Below, one piece after another: positions 29,098-38,889 of a DNA stretch of 64,000 nt. Source of the DNA: an uncultured Candidatus Saccharibacteria bacterium (lineage in GTDB: Bacteria > Patescibacteriota > Minisyncoccia > Phycocordibacterales > UBA2100); the NCBI GenBank assembly GCA_964399865.1, contig CAYNRJ010000001.1, positions 138,050-202,049 on the forward strand, read 5' to 3'. Below the pieces are notes generated by a model. The model saw nothing but the letters and a program-made list of their open reading frames with translations, was not told the origin of the DNA and did no database searches. Each line of letters starts with the position of its first letter. Positions within the stretch are counted from its first letter, which is position 1. A program made the position numbers and the translations under genes.

Positions 29098-30348
29098 CTA
29101 TTCCAAAAGCAGAGCTGCGGCCTTTTCCATTTGAGGGTCTCTGCCCGCTTCCCTATCCTCGTCGGTTAACTCCACCTTTACGTCCGGCGCGATGCCCTCA
29201 AGCGGGATCTGCGTACCGCTTGGTGGTAGCCATCTGGCCACAGTTATCTTGAGTGATGTGTCTGAAGTTATGTCTACTAACTCCTGTACCGATCCTTTTC
29301 CAAATGAATTCACTCCTACTATTTGTGCGACATCGTAGTGACGAAGTGCTTCCGCGAGAATTTCTGATGCCGATGCTGAACCGCGGTTAACAAGTGTCAC
29401 CATTTCAAGATTATTGTTGAACGCATTGTATCCACGTGAGCGATGGACTGCTCCTTGCTCATGATTTGCGTACTCTTCCGTAACTACGATCCTGCCCGAT
29501 GGAAGGAACCAGCTTGCCATATCAACTGCTGCCTCAAGGTATCCGCCTGGATTACCACGTAGATCGAGAATAAGTTTATTACTACCTGATTCAACGAATT
29601 CACGGAGCGCGCCACGGAACAATTGCGGAGAGTTGGCGGTAAAACTCATAAGCTGAATTACGAATACACCGTCAGAGCGAAGCTCAGTATCAACTATCGG
29701 CACATTGATCACATCACGTGTCACTTTCAATTCGCGGGGTTCTGCCCACCCTTCGCGAGAGATAGTGAGGGTGACCGAACTTCCCTTTGGTCCGCGGATC
29801 TTCTTTACAGCCTCCTCCACATTTAGACCTCGAGTGTCCGCCCCATCAATTTTGAGTACCCTGTCCCCGCTCTGTATTCCAGCAGCGGCTGCGGGAGAAC
29901 CTTTGAGTGGAGAAACAACGGTGAGTAGTTCGTCACGGATCGCGATCTCCATTCCAACTCCTTCAAACACACCACTGATATCTTCGGCGAATTGCTTATT
30001 CTCTACCGGAGGAAGGAAATACGTGTACGGATCATTAAGAGACCCTGCGAGCCCTTGGATCATCCCCCACACACGATCTTCTGCTATCTCTTTTGTCGAA
30101 GTCGCAATCGGTGTCGTTGAAGCAACTGCAGCTGGGACAAATTTCTCATCAATTATTTGCCATGCTTTCCACACTGGAGAGAGGTCAACCCCCTCAGGCG
30201 CTGAAGCCCCTCCAAACGTGTCCTCGGCTCCATTTGCTCCGCTTACAAGCCCTAACAAAAAGCCGATAATAAGAATTGCGAGTCCGGACGCAATAGCGGT
30301 GCGCAAGGAAACTGTCTTTTGAGGCTCGACGTCAAATAGAGAGCGCAT
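29098..30348 (-). CDS. ctpA: C-terminal processing protease (S41, PDZ)
   Basis: DPYT, GVG PDZ loop, LDLRGNPGG, SASASEI, FGKGSVQ. Confidence 0.93.
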   Translation of the reverse strand: MRSLFDVEPQKTVSLRTAIASGLAILIIGFLLGLVSGANGAEDTFGGASAPEGVDLSPVWKAWQIIDEKFVPAAVASTTPIATSTKEIAEDRVWGMIQGLAGSLNDPYTYFLPPVENKQFAEDISGVFEGVGMEIAIRDELLTVVSPLKGSPAAAAGIQSGDRVLKIDGADTRGLNVEEAVKKIRGPKGSSVTLTISREGWAEPRELKVTRDVINVPIVDTELRSDGVFVIQLMSFTANSPQLFRGALREFVESGSNKLILDLRGNPGGYLEAAVDMASWFLPSGRIVVTEEYANHEQGAVHRSRGYNAFNNNLEMVTLVNRGSASASEILAEALRHYDVAQIVGVNSFGKGSVQELVDITSDTSLKITVARWLPPSGTQIPLEGIAPDVKVELTDEDREAGRDPQMEKAAALLLE

Positions 30349-30439
30349 ATATAAAGAAGAAGTATAGCAAACGCTGAATCGCGCGCATAATCCCTGATAA
30401 TCGTTAATATGGTATTCTGTCCTAAACTAATAGAATCAT

Positions 30440-31924
30440 ATGAAGTTCTGGGAGAAACTGGAGAACCTATTGGGTAAAAAGACGACTACCGGGCCCCTAT
30501 ATTTTCATAACACCCTCACCAATTCGAAAGAAGAATTTACCCTGCCGCAAAACGTACGCAAAGTCCGCATGTACAACTGTGGCCCCACCGTCTACGGCTT
30601 GCAGCACATCGGAAACCTTTCGTATGCGGTATTCGTAAACATTCTCCGTCGCACTCTTGATTACAACGGCTTTACAGTAAAACAGGTAATGAACTTCACT
30701 GATGTGGGGCATCTCACATCCGATTCTGATGAAGGCGATGACAAGATGGTAAAAGGACTCAAGCGTGACGGCCTCGAACCAACGCTTGAAAACATGAAGC
30801 TCCTCGGTGAGAAATACGCAGCGCAATTCCTGAGCGACGTCAGCAAACTTAATATCGACACATCGCAAATTACATTTCCACGTGCAAGTGACCACATTGC
30901 GGGGCAGATCGCAATGGTGCAAACTCTTGAAGAAAAAGGATACGCATATAAAACAAAAAAGGGTGTGTACTTCGACACGTCTCGCTTCCCTGAGTATGGA
31001 GCTCTCGGTGGGATTGATCTCGCTGGTCTTAAGGAGGGCGCACGTATCGCCGCCGATCCTGAGAAACGTAACCCGACCGACTTTAATCTTTGGAAACTAA
31101 GTAAGAAATTAGGCTGGCCATCGCCTTGGGGCAAGGGCTATCCGGGATGGCATATAGAGTGCTCCGCGATGATAAACGCCACTCTCGGTAAGCAGATAGA
31201 CATTCACACCGGAGGCATTGAGCATATTCCGGTGCACCACAACAATGAAATAGCTCAGTCTGAGGCTGCTACAGGAAAGAAGCCGATGTCCCGCTTCTGG
31301 CTCCATCGCGCACACCTACAAATTGAGGGCTCAAAGATTGCCAAATCCGAAGGTAATACAATTTATCTATCCGACATAGAAAGTCGCGGCTTCCATCCCC
31401 TTTCGTTCCGCTACCTTCTTCTCACATCGCACTACAGTACGCCTGCGAGTTTTTCATGGGATGCACTCAGCGCTGCGCAAACATCATTCTTAAAGTTACG
31501 CCGATTCGTAGAGACAGCTGAAGATGGTGGCACGATTCTTTCTTCTTACCAAAAGAAGATCCGTGAGAGATTGAACGATAACCTCGACACCTCAGGAGCA
31601 CTCGGCATTGTCTGGGAAATGCAGAAAGACCATACCGAATCTGGTGCGGATATAAAGGCAACGATACTCGATGCAGACAGAGTATTAGGACTAGGGCTCG
31701 GTAACTCGGATACCAAACTGACTGAACTCTCCGATAAGCACTTCGGAAAATCTGTTTCTTCAAACGAGCTCCCTAAAGAGGTTCAGGAATTAATTGAGAA
31801 GCGGGAGATGGCACGTAAAGAAAAGAATTGGGCTATAGCAGACGAGGCCCGCGCAGAATTAGAGAAACGGGGATTCTCTATAGAGGATACTCCGAATGGG
31901 CCGCAAGCTTCTATTCGCGGATAA
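30440..31924 (+). CDS. cysS: Cysteine--tRNA ligase
   Basis: MYNCGPTVY..HIGN, PGWHIECSAM, HHNNEIAQ, KIAKS. Confidence 0.98.
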   Translation: MKFWEKLENLLGKKTTTGPLYFHNTLTNSKEEFTLPQNVRKVRMYNCGPTVYGLQHIGNLSYAVFVNILRRTLDYNGFTVKQVMNFTDVGHLTSDSDEGDDKMVKGLKRDGLEPTLENMKLLGEKYAAQFLSDVSKLNIDTSQITFPRASDHIAGQIAMVQTLEEKGYAYKTKKGVYFDTSRFPEYGALGGIDLAGLKEGARIAADPEKRNPTDFNLWKLSKKLGWPSPWGKGYPGWHIECSAMINATLGKQIDIHTGGIEHIPVHHNNEIAQSEAATGKKPMSRFWLHRAHLQIEGSKIAKSEGNTIYLSDIESRGFHPLSFRYLLLTSHYSTPASFSWDALSAAQTSFLKLRRFVETAEDGGTILSSYQKKIRERLNDNLDTSGALGIVWEMQKDHTESGADIKATILDADRVLGLGLGNSDTKLTELSDKHFGKSVSSNELPKEVQELIEKREMARKEKNWAIADEARAELEKRGFSIEDTPNGPQASIRG

Positions 31925-34766
31925 CAAAGTTCACAAGACGATTCGGAACGACAATAGTTCGTAAGATCTCCTTACCTTCGAGCCTTTCCTTCACAGCTTC
32001 TTTTGCAGCAGCTTCGACTCCCGCTTTATCCGTGTCAGCAGCGATTTTTGTTTCTCCTCGCGTCTTACCATTCACCTGTATAGCGATAGTGATGCTTTCC
32101 TCTTTCAACTTTGCAGCATCAAACGCTGGCCATTTTTCAAGATGAATTGATTTTTTATTACCCGATGCGCGCCACAACTCTTCCGTCATATGCGGTGCAA
32201 ATGGCGCAAGAAGCCTGAGAAGTGTTTCCCACTGCTTCTTGCCGATACTTCCCTCTTTCTCGATCGCATTCATCAGTATCATCATCGAACTTATCGCCGT
32301 GTTGAATTTGAGCGCAGAGATATCGTCTGTCACTTTCTTTATGGTCTTGTGTATCAATGGATCAAGTGCATCAACATTTCCCTTCTTGATTATCTCGCGC
32401 TCACTGATATTCCAGATGCGCTCAAGGAATCTTCGCACTCCTACAACGCCGTCGGGGTTCCACGGATAATTTGAGACTTCGTTGTAAGGGCCGACGAACG
32501 CGAGATACATACGCACCGTGTCCGACCCTACTTTTGCTACCTCTTTATCCGGGTCAATGACATTACCGCGCGATTTCGACATTTTCTGACCATCCGGGCC
32601 GAGGATGAGAGAGCGGTTCATGCGACGCGTATATGGCTCAGCATCTTTTACGAGTCCTAGATCAAAGAGTGCCTTGTGCCAGAATCGAGAATAGAGTACG
32701 TGCATTGTGGTGTGCTCAGCACCGCCTGAGTAGAGATCAATCGGCATCCAGTTTGCCTGCTTCTTTGCGTCTGCAAATTTCGACTTGTTCTTCGGATCCG
32801 TATAACGAAGGAAGTACCACGAAGAATCCACGAATGTGTCTAGCGTATCGGTCTCTCGTTCCGCCTTTCCCTTACACTCCGGACATTTCACATTCACCCA
32901 TTTCGTAGCCTTTGCGAGCGGCGATTTTCCACTGCCATCGGGAAGATAATCCTTTATCTCTGGCAGTTTAACTGGCAAATCTTTATCCGGCACAGCGACA
33001 GGCCCACACTTGGCGCAATGAATGATAGGAATTGGCACTCCCCAATAACGCTGACGCGAAACTATCCAGTCGCGCAATTTGTACGTAGTTTTCTTTTTTC
33101 CGAATCGCTCGGTAATTGCAACTCGAGCTTCTTCTGAGTTCATCCCGTTGAAGTCCCCTGACTCTGTGAGAATTCCCTTCCCCGCGTAGGCACTCTCTCC
33201 TTGTGCGCGGGACCAAACAACACTCATGTCTCCTCTGTTGAGAAATTGTGCTACTTCGTCGCGCTTAATCCATACCACTTCGTGAAGATCCTTCTCTGTT
33301 TGAGCAACCTCCTCGCGAGCTCCATCTTTTAGCTGAAATAGAAACGGTATGTAGTGACCGAAGCGATTTTCCTTTCTATAAAGCGAATAGAATTGCGCGT
33401 GCACTGCGCCACCGAGAGGCTTCACGATTTCTGCGTTCAAATACCCTGTCTCTTCGCGGATCTCTCTTTGTGCTGTAAGAAGTGACTCCTCACCCTTCTC
33501 GATGCCACCTGTAACAAACGCTTTGACTCCGGATCCGCCCTTCCATCGCAGGCACAAATACTCGTCTTTCTCCCAATGCTTAATGACTGCGGCAACTGCA
33601 TGGCGGTCGACAAGCGGTAAGCCAGGTCGCACTGCGTCAGCAGCAGCTCCCTCAACAATACTAAGTGGCTGTACAACTTCGACGATCGGTAGATTAAATT
33701 TTTGCGCAAACGCAAAGTCGCGCTCGTCGTGTGCAGGCACTGCCATAACAGCGCCCGTACCGTACTGAGCAAGTGCGTAATCAGCAATCCACACGGGAAT
33801 CTCTTTCCCTGTTGCAGGATTGATTGCCTTTACACCCTTGAGTTCGACTCCGGTCTTTTCCTTTTGATCAGTTTGACGTTCCAGTTCTGTCTTCTTGCTT
33901 GCTTGGAGTACGTACGCATCTACCTCTTTTTTATTTTCCAAAGTAGAGGCAAGTTTCGCCACCAGTGGATGCTCTGGCGCGAGTACAACATACGTAACTC
34001 CGTATAGGGTGTCAGCTCGAGTAGTAAAGACTTCGATCGCCTGATCAGAAACGCCGCCTTTCAATTTAAAACTTAGGATCGCACCTTCTGAGCGCCCTAT
34101 CCAATTGCGCTGCGATTCCTTGATCTGCTCCGGCCAATTGAGCGGCTTCAGGTCGTCGATCAGTCTATCCGCGTAATCAGTAATTCGCAGATTCCACTGC
34201 AACATCTCTTTTTGAATCACTTCTGTCTTGCAACGTTCGCATTTACCATCTTCTACCTGCTCATTTGCGAGCACTGTCTTGCACGATGGACACCAATTGA
34301 CTGGAGTATTCTTACGGTATGCGAGATTATTCTTGAAGAATTGGAGGAACTGCCACTGTGTCCATTTGTAATATTCTGGCACGCAGGTGATCACCTCACG
34401 TGACCAGTCGAAGGATGTACCCATCGACTGCATCTGCTTTCTCATGTATGCGATATTCCCGAGAGTCCACTTGCGAGGATTTAATTTATTTTTGATGGCT
34501 GCATTTTCTGCAGGAAGCCCAAAGGCATCGAAGCCTATCGGGTAGAGCACGTTCTTACCCTGCATTCGCATAGTACGAGCGAGAATGTCCGGCACAGAAA
34601 ACGCGTACCAGTGTCCCACGTGTAAATTGCCCGACGGATACGGAAACTCAACAAGGAGGTAAAAATTATCCTTCTTTTTTACACTATCGGAGACCTTGTA
34701 CACCTTCTTTTTATCCCAGTCTTTCTGCCACTTTTTCTCGATCTTTGTATGGTCGTACCGCTTCAT
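31911..34766 (-). CDS. leuS: Leucine--tRNA ligase with internal NUDIX domain
   Basis: FPYPSG.LHVGH, VFTTRADT, GTGAVMAVPAHD, SRQRYWG, KMSKS. Confidence 0.98.
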   Translation of the reverse strand: MKRYDHTKIEKKWQKDWDKKKVYKVSDSVKKKDNFYLLVEFPYPSGNLHVGHWYAFSVPDILARTMRMQGKNVLYPIGFDAFGLPAENAAIKNKLNPRKWTLGNIAYMRKQMQSMGTSFDWSREVITCVPEYYKWTQWQFLQFFKNNLAYRKNTPVNWCPSCKTVLANEQVEDGKCERCKTEVIQKEMLQWNLRITDYADRLIDDLKPLNWPEQIKESQRNWIGRSEGAILSFKLKGGVSDQAIEVFTTRADTLYGVTYVVLAPEHPLVAKLASTLENKKEVDAYVLQASKKTELERQTDQKEKTGVELKGVKAINPATGKEIPVWIADYALAQYGTGAVMAVPAHDERDFAFAQKFNLPIVEVVQPLSIVEGAAADAVRPGLPLVDRHAVAAVIKHWEKDEYLCLRWKGGSGVKAFVTGGIEKGEESLLTAQREIREETGYLNAEIVKPLGGAVHAQFYSLYRKENRFGHYIPFLFQLKDGAREEVAQTEKDLHEVVWIKRDEVAQFLNRGDMSVVWSRAQGESAYAGKGILTESGDFNGMNSEEARVAITERFGKKKTTYKLRDWIVSRQRYWGVPIPIIHCAKCGPVAVPDKDLPVKLPEIKDYLPDGSGKSPLAKATKWVNVKCPECKGKAERETDTLDTFVDSSWYFLRYTDPKNKSKFADAKKQANWMPIDLYSGGAEHTTMHVLYSRFWHKALFDLGLVKDAEPYTRRMNRSLILGPDGQKMSKSRGNVIDPDKEVAKVGSDTVRMYLAFVGPYNEVSNYPWNPDGVVGVRRFLERIWNISEREIIKKGNVDALDPLIHKTIKKVTDDISALKFNTAISSMMILMNAIEKEGSIGKKQWETLLRLLAPFAPHMTEELWRASGNKKSIHLEKWPAFDAAKLKEESITIAIQVNGKTRGETKIAADTDKAGVEAAAKEAVKERLEGKEILRTIVVPNRLVNFVIRE

Positions 34767-34820
34767 GGGAGAAGAGTATCACGAGGAAAACTGCCCTCAA
34801 AACGTGCTATTCTTAGACAA

Positions 34821-35069
34821 ATGTGGCAAGACTGGGTCATCAGTGGCACGCAGATAGTCCTCCTACTTTCGTTCCTACCGACGGTCTTCCATCCTACTCA
34901 GAAACCAGTGCTCTCAACCTGCTTCGTCACGACGCTGTGCCTAGCATCTTTCGCGTTTGTATACTTCACTCTTGAGTTCTGGTTTGCGGCTGTAACTGGC
35001 ACCGTACTCACTATTCTTTGGGGAATTGTCACCGTACAAAGGTACCGATTAAATAAGAAGGCTCAGTGA
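34821..35069 (+). CDS. Small 3-TM membrane protein
   Basis: TATTCT just upstream of ATG 34821; three hydrophobic helices. Confidence 0.7.
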   Translation: MWQDWVISGTQIVLLLSFLPTVFHPTQKPVLSTCFVTTLCLASFAFVYFTLEFWFAAVTGTVLTILWGIVTVQRYRLNKKAQ

Positions 35070-35098
35070 GAAAACCGCCCCATGAGGGGCGGTTCTTC
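35070..35098. terminator. Terminator hairpin between convergent genes
   Basis: AACCGCCCC-atga-GGGGCGGTT. Confidence 0.75.
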
Positions 35099-35100
35099 CT

Positions 35101-36039
35101 TTATATCTTTGTGTACGGAGGGTACCTTTCAGGATCTATTGTCCTCTCAAAGCATGTTTCGCCTACACCATGCTGCCAGTTCTCCCCTTCTATTCCACCA
35201 TATGGTGAAGAGACGACTTTCCCGTTTACTTGCGGCATATCTGCGCTATCTGAATTGAATTCCGCACACAGCTCAAATGTGTACGGAGCCTTCGTTACGC
35301 GGTATGTGTAGTCTCCTCCAGTTTGAGGATCTACTGGTATAACAGCTCCACTTATTGGATCTTTAAGCTGGTCGAGGTTCGCAGGAAGCTCCTCTTTCTG
35401 CTGCCAGTAATTGATTACCTGCCACTGAATATTCTGAAGGTCGCTTACCTTCTGACTATCGTAGCGGAGAAGGCGGACTTCGCCTGGTGTCCCCATGATA
35501 AAGAAGCCGGAGATAATGGAGACGAGGACTGCAATCCCGGCCGCTACTCCGACGAGTTTCGCTCGAGAAGGATTTGCCACCCAATATCCGCGAAGATCCG
35601 CAAGGAAGTGCAGGAAGACACCGCCTGCAACTAGAAGCACTACGAGTACCTTGAGAACGAATCGCGTAGTGAAATCGCCTCCGAGGAATGTATTCACCAA
35701 AGCGATAAGATCACCTACGACGGTCGCACCTGCGATAAATACTGTAAGTACGAGAGCCCACTTACGGACCCATAGGTCTGCCTTCTCTGGGAAGCGAACG
35801 ATATCGCTTCGAATGAGACGCATGAGGATGATCGTAAGAGGGACAAGCACAATAAGGGTCGCCATAGCGAACCTGATCCCACCGGAGAATGGATCTACCC
35901 AATACGCGAATGGATCTGGGTACGCGTAATCTATGTACTCAAAAAGCAGAGTTATTAAGGCAATAACACTCCCATACAGCGCAATCATTGCGCCCGCCCA
36001 TAGGAAGAAATCCTTAGGGGTTACTTTTGGTTTATTCAT
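35101..36039 (-). CDS. Conserved membrane protein (DUF5671-like)
   Basis: PKDFFL N-terminus, TMs, pilin-like D.QKVSDLQ.I and DPQTG..Y.Y, FELCA.F. Confidence 0.8.
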   Translation of the reverse strand: MNKPKVTPKDFFLWAGAMIALYGSVIALITLLFEYIDYAYPDPFAYWVDPFSGGIRFAMATLIVLVPLTIILMRLIRSDIVRFPEKADLWVRKWALVLTVFIAGATVVGDLIALVNTFLGGDFTTRFVLKVLVVLLVAGGVFLHFLADLRGYWVANPSRAKLVGVAAGIAVLVSIISGFFIMGTPGEVRLLRYDSQKVSDLQNIQWQVINYWQQKEELPANLDQLKDPISGAVIPVDPQTGGDYTYRVTKAPYTFELCAEFNSDSADMPQVNGKVVSSPYGGIEGENWQHGVGETCFERTIDPERYPPYTKI

Positions 36040-36072
36040 ATGAAGTGAGTATATCACTTCATTAAGGCGCGG

Positions 36073-37173
36073 CTAGCTGTGGAGGAACTCCATTACGTCG
36101 CCGTCTTTAACGATATATTCCTTACCTTCAGTACGAAGGCCTCCCTTTGCACGAGCGGCAGCAAACGAACCTGCTTCAAGCAATTTATCCCATTCTATGA
36201 CTTCCGCCCGTATGAATTTGTCCCTAAAGTCCGAGTGAATTGCAGCTCCTGCCGCAGGCGCCGTTGAGCCCCTGTGAATGGTCCACGCACGGCTTTCCTT
36301 CTCCCCCGTTGTGAAAAATGAAATGAGATCGAGAAGTTTATACCCCGCCTGTATGAGCGCGTTAATACCGTCTTCGGAAACACCGAGCTCTCGCCTAAAG
36401 TCCATTCTCTCATCATCATGCACGTCCGAGAGTTCACTTTCTACGCCGGCATCAATGCTTACCCAAGAAGCACCCGCGTCCTCAAAATATTGCTTCAACG
36501 TTCTCCAACGTTCTGCGTTTTCCTGCTCGACGTTCACAGAACCACTCTTCATATTTAGTACGTATAAGACTGGCTTCATCGTAAGAAGATGGAGCGACTG
36601 TGCTTTAAGCTTTTCCTCTTCAGTTAAATTCACTGTACGCGCTGGTCTCCCTGCTTCGAGCGCCGGCACGATCTTCTTAAGCACGTCCCTCTCTGCGATG
36701 ATCTCCTTGTCGCCACCTCGTGCATCGCGCTCGACTCGCTCAAGGCGCTTAGAAGCTCCGTCGAGGTCCGCGAGCACTAACTCCGTGTTTATGATCTCTA
36801 CGTCATGAAGAGGATCCACTTGTCCGTGCACGTGGAGAATGTCGTCGTCATCGAATACGCGCACTACTTCTGCGATCGCATCTACTTCTCGTATGTGTGA
36901 AAGAAATTGATTCCCAAGACCCTCTCCTTCTGAAGCACCTTTTACAAGACCCGCGATATCAACGAATTCAATCACAGCGGGAACTGTTTTTTGTGATTTC
37001 GACATCTTCGCAAGCGCATCCAAACGATGATCAGGGACTGCAACAACTCCGACCGACGGATCTATTGTTGCAAAGGGATAATTTGCGACCAGTACTCCCT
37101 TTTTGGTAAGTGCGTTAAAAAGCGTCGATTTCCCGACGTTCGGAAGTCCAACTATGCCTATCGAAAGCCCCAT
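36073..37173 (-). CDS. ychF: Ribosome-binding ATPase YchF
   Basis: GLPNVGKSTLFN, NYPFATI, DIAGLV.GA..GEGLGNQFL, EGKEY.V.DGD. Confidence 0.98.
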   Translation of the reverse strand: MGLSIGIVGLPNVGKSTLFNALTKKGVLVANYPFATIDPSVGVVAVPDHRLDALAKMSKSQKTVPAVIEFVDIAGLVKGASEGEGLGNQFLSHIREVDAIAEVVRVFDDDDILHVHGQVDPLHDVEIINTELVLADLDGASKRLERVERDARGGDKEIIAERDVLKKIVPALEAGRPARTVNLTEEEKLKAQSLHLLTMKPVLYVLNMKSGSVNVEQENAERWRTLKQYFEDAGASWVSIDAGVESELSDVHDDERMDFRRELGVSEDGINALIQAGYKLLDLISFFTTGEKESRAWTIHRGSTAPAAGAAIHSDFRDKFIRAEVIEWDKLLEAGSFAAARAKGGLRTEGKEYIVKDGDVMEFLHS

Positions 37174-37278
37174 GAATGGCCACTATAGCAGGATTCTGGT
37201 TGACTGCGTACTCTCGACGGGTGTAGCGTAGTTGTAAGGCAACGCTTTCGTTGCCTGTAGATGCAAGAAGGAGGATCA

Positions 37279-37392
37279 ATGCCTTTTAGTATGTATTTGT
37301 ATCCTCTCCCGCCTATGTCCGGGAGACAGCTCTGGGCCTGGGTCCAGGTAGCGTTCTGGGTTTGCCTTTTCGTCGCGGCAGTGACGATATAG
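37279..37392 (+). CDS. 37-aa single-TM small protein MPFSMYLYPLPPMSGRQLWAWVQVAFWVCLFVAAVTI (not in ORF track)
   Basis: TTGACT/TAGCGT promoter, AAGGAGG SD 4 nt before ATG, own terminator. Confidence 0.65.
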   Translation: MPFSMYLYPLPPMSGRQLWAWVQVAFWVCLFVAAVTI

Positions 37393-37408
37393 CCGGCGAG
37401 GACGCGTG

Positions 37409-37436
37409 AGGCGGGCCCCACGGGCCCGCCTTCTCT
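37409..37436 (+). terminator. Terminator hairpin
   Basis: AGGCGGGCCC-cac-GGGCCCGCCT. Confidence 0.75.
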
Positions 37437-37544
37437 ATGAGTATGGGACGGTCATTGACCCGTATCCCCATTCGGGTGTAGCGTGCCTATCAGTAAGTCA
37501 GCGCGGCGCTGACATTAGAGGCATTTCTTCGTTTGGAGAAGACA

Positions 37545-38252
37545 ATGAGTCAGTCGCAGAAAATCCTCCCGTGGGATGTTCGGTACGCGCTCCAGTACCG
37601 TAAAGCTCAGCTTGGCGTTAGCGAGGTCCTTGATCTCGCGATCAATGGATTCGAGCCGGAGGCCGCCTACCTAGCGATCAAGATGGCGGCTTACGACCGA
37701 CTGCTTCAGCTCGAAATCATTCGACAGTTCGTTGAAAGTGTTCGCGATCTGGACGAGGTCGCGACCCGACCGGCGATCCGGCGTTTCGTCGAGCTAGTGA
37801 TGGCACGCATTCCAAGAGATCGTACCGTCGCGGGCGGTAAGCTCGCGCAGATCTCTCGCCAAGGATTCGAAACGTGGCAGGAGAAGTTTCGTGTCTGTTC
37901 CGAAGCGAGCTCGCAAGAAACAGCCGACGTGTACCTCCTTGGCCACGCGATCTTCATGGGACTCGCGTTCTTCGTGCAAGCGTTTCATCGTGCAGGCAAG
38001 AAATTGCGGACCCTCATTCCGGACATGGCACTCAAATCCGAGTCCTATATCTGCGGCTACGAGCTTCTGCCCGAGGTAACGTTCTTGCCTGCCGGGTTCG
38101 TCCGGGGTACAAACGCAGTAATTATCGACGACATGCAGCACACGGGAGAATCCGCACGCGAGATGCGCATGTTCTGGAAGCGTGGAGGTGGTTCAGTCTC
38201 GCGATTTAGGTTTCTCGCCGTCGCTTCGGCGGTCGTCGCGACCGGAAACTGA
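37545..38252 (+). CDS. Orphan protein with PRTase-like motif
   Basis: AVIIDDMQHTGES resembles the type I PRPP-binding loop; GGAG SD. Confidence 0.7.
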   Translation: MSQSQKILPWDVRYALQYRKAQLGVSEVLDLAINGFEPEAAYLAIKMAAYDRLLQLEIIRQFVESVRDLDEVATRPAIRRFVELVMARIPRDRTVAGGKLAQISRQGFETWQEKFRVCSEASSQETADVYLLGHAIFMGLAFFVQAFHRAGKKLRTLIPDMALKSESYICGYELLPEVTFLPAGFVRGTNAVIIDDMQHTGESAREMRMFWKRGGGSVSRFRFLAVASAVVATGN

Positions 38253-38261
38253 ATCGATCGT

Positions 38262-38290
38262 CGGCGGGCCCCATCGGCCCGCCGTTTCTT
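38262..38290 (+). terminator. Terminator hairpin
   Basis: CGGCGGGCC...GGCCCGCCG then TTTCTT. Confidence 0.75.
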
Positions 38291-38884
38291 CTAGATACCC
38301 TTTCTTCCACGCGCTTCAATTCTTTTGAACCACCTCGCCTTTCTTCCTTCAGGAACATTCTCTGCAGACCCGAACCAGTCCGTTTTTACTTTAAAGCCTG
38401 CAAACCACAAGATCCCCCATCGAAGCTGCGAATTCACATTGCCTGGCATGATTCGTTCGATAAATGTTGAAGTGCCACTTGTCATAAGAATGCGAGCGGT
38501 CTTCCCTCGAAACAACCTGTGCCAAAAAATTGTACGCTTACCCGTTTTAGTTTTGATGTAGCGAAATGCAGAACCAGGAAGCCATGCACGATCGAAAAGT
38601 CCCTTGAGAAGCGCAGGCATGCCGAGCCACCATACCGGGAATACGATCACAAAATGATCCGCCCACGTTATACGCTCCTGGAACGTTTTTAGGTCCGGTT
38701 CCAATTCCTGCATAGCCCGATACCCCTTATGAAGTACAGGATCGAACTGCATCTCGCCCAAATTCATGCGAGTTACTTCATGACCCGCTTCTCTTGCACT
38801 CTTCTCGTACACGTCTGCGAAAGAGCCGCAAATACCACTTTTATCCGGGTGCCCCAAAAGGATGAAGATCTTCTTTTTCTTCAT
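38291..38884 (-). CDS. Flavodoxin-fold NAD(P)H oxidoreductase
   Basis: LGHP...S, WADH.VIVFPVWW.GMPALLKG.FDR. Confidence 0.92.
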   Translation of the reverse strand: MKKKKIFILLGHPDKSGICGSFADVYEKSAREAGHEVTRMNLGEMQFDPVLHKGYRAMQELEPDLKTFQERITWADHFVIVFPVWWLGMPALLKGLFDRAWLPGSAFRYIKTKTGKRTIFWHRLFRGKTARILMTSGTSTFIERIMPGNVNSQLRWGILWFAGFKVKTDWFGSAENVPEGRKARWFKRIEARGRKGI

Positions 38885-38889
38885 AGCGT

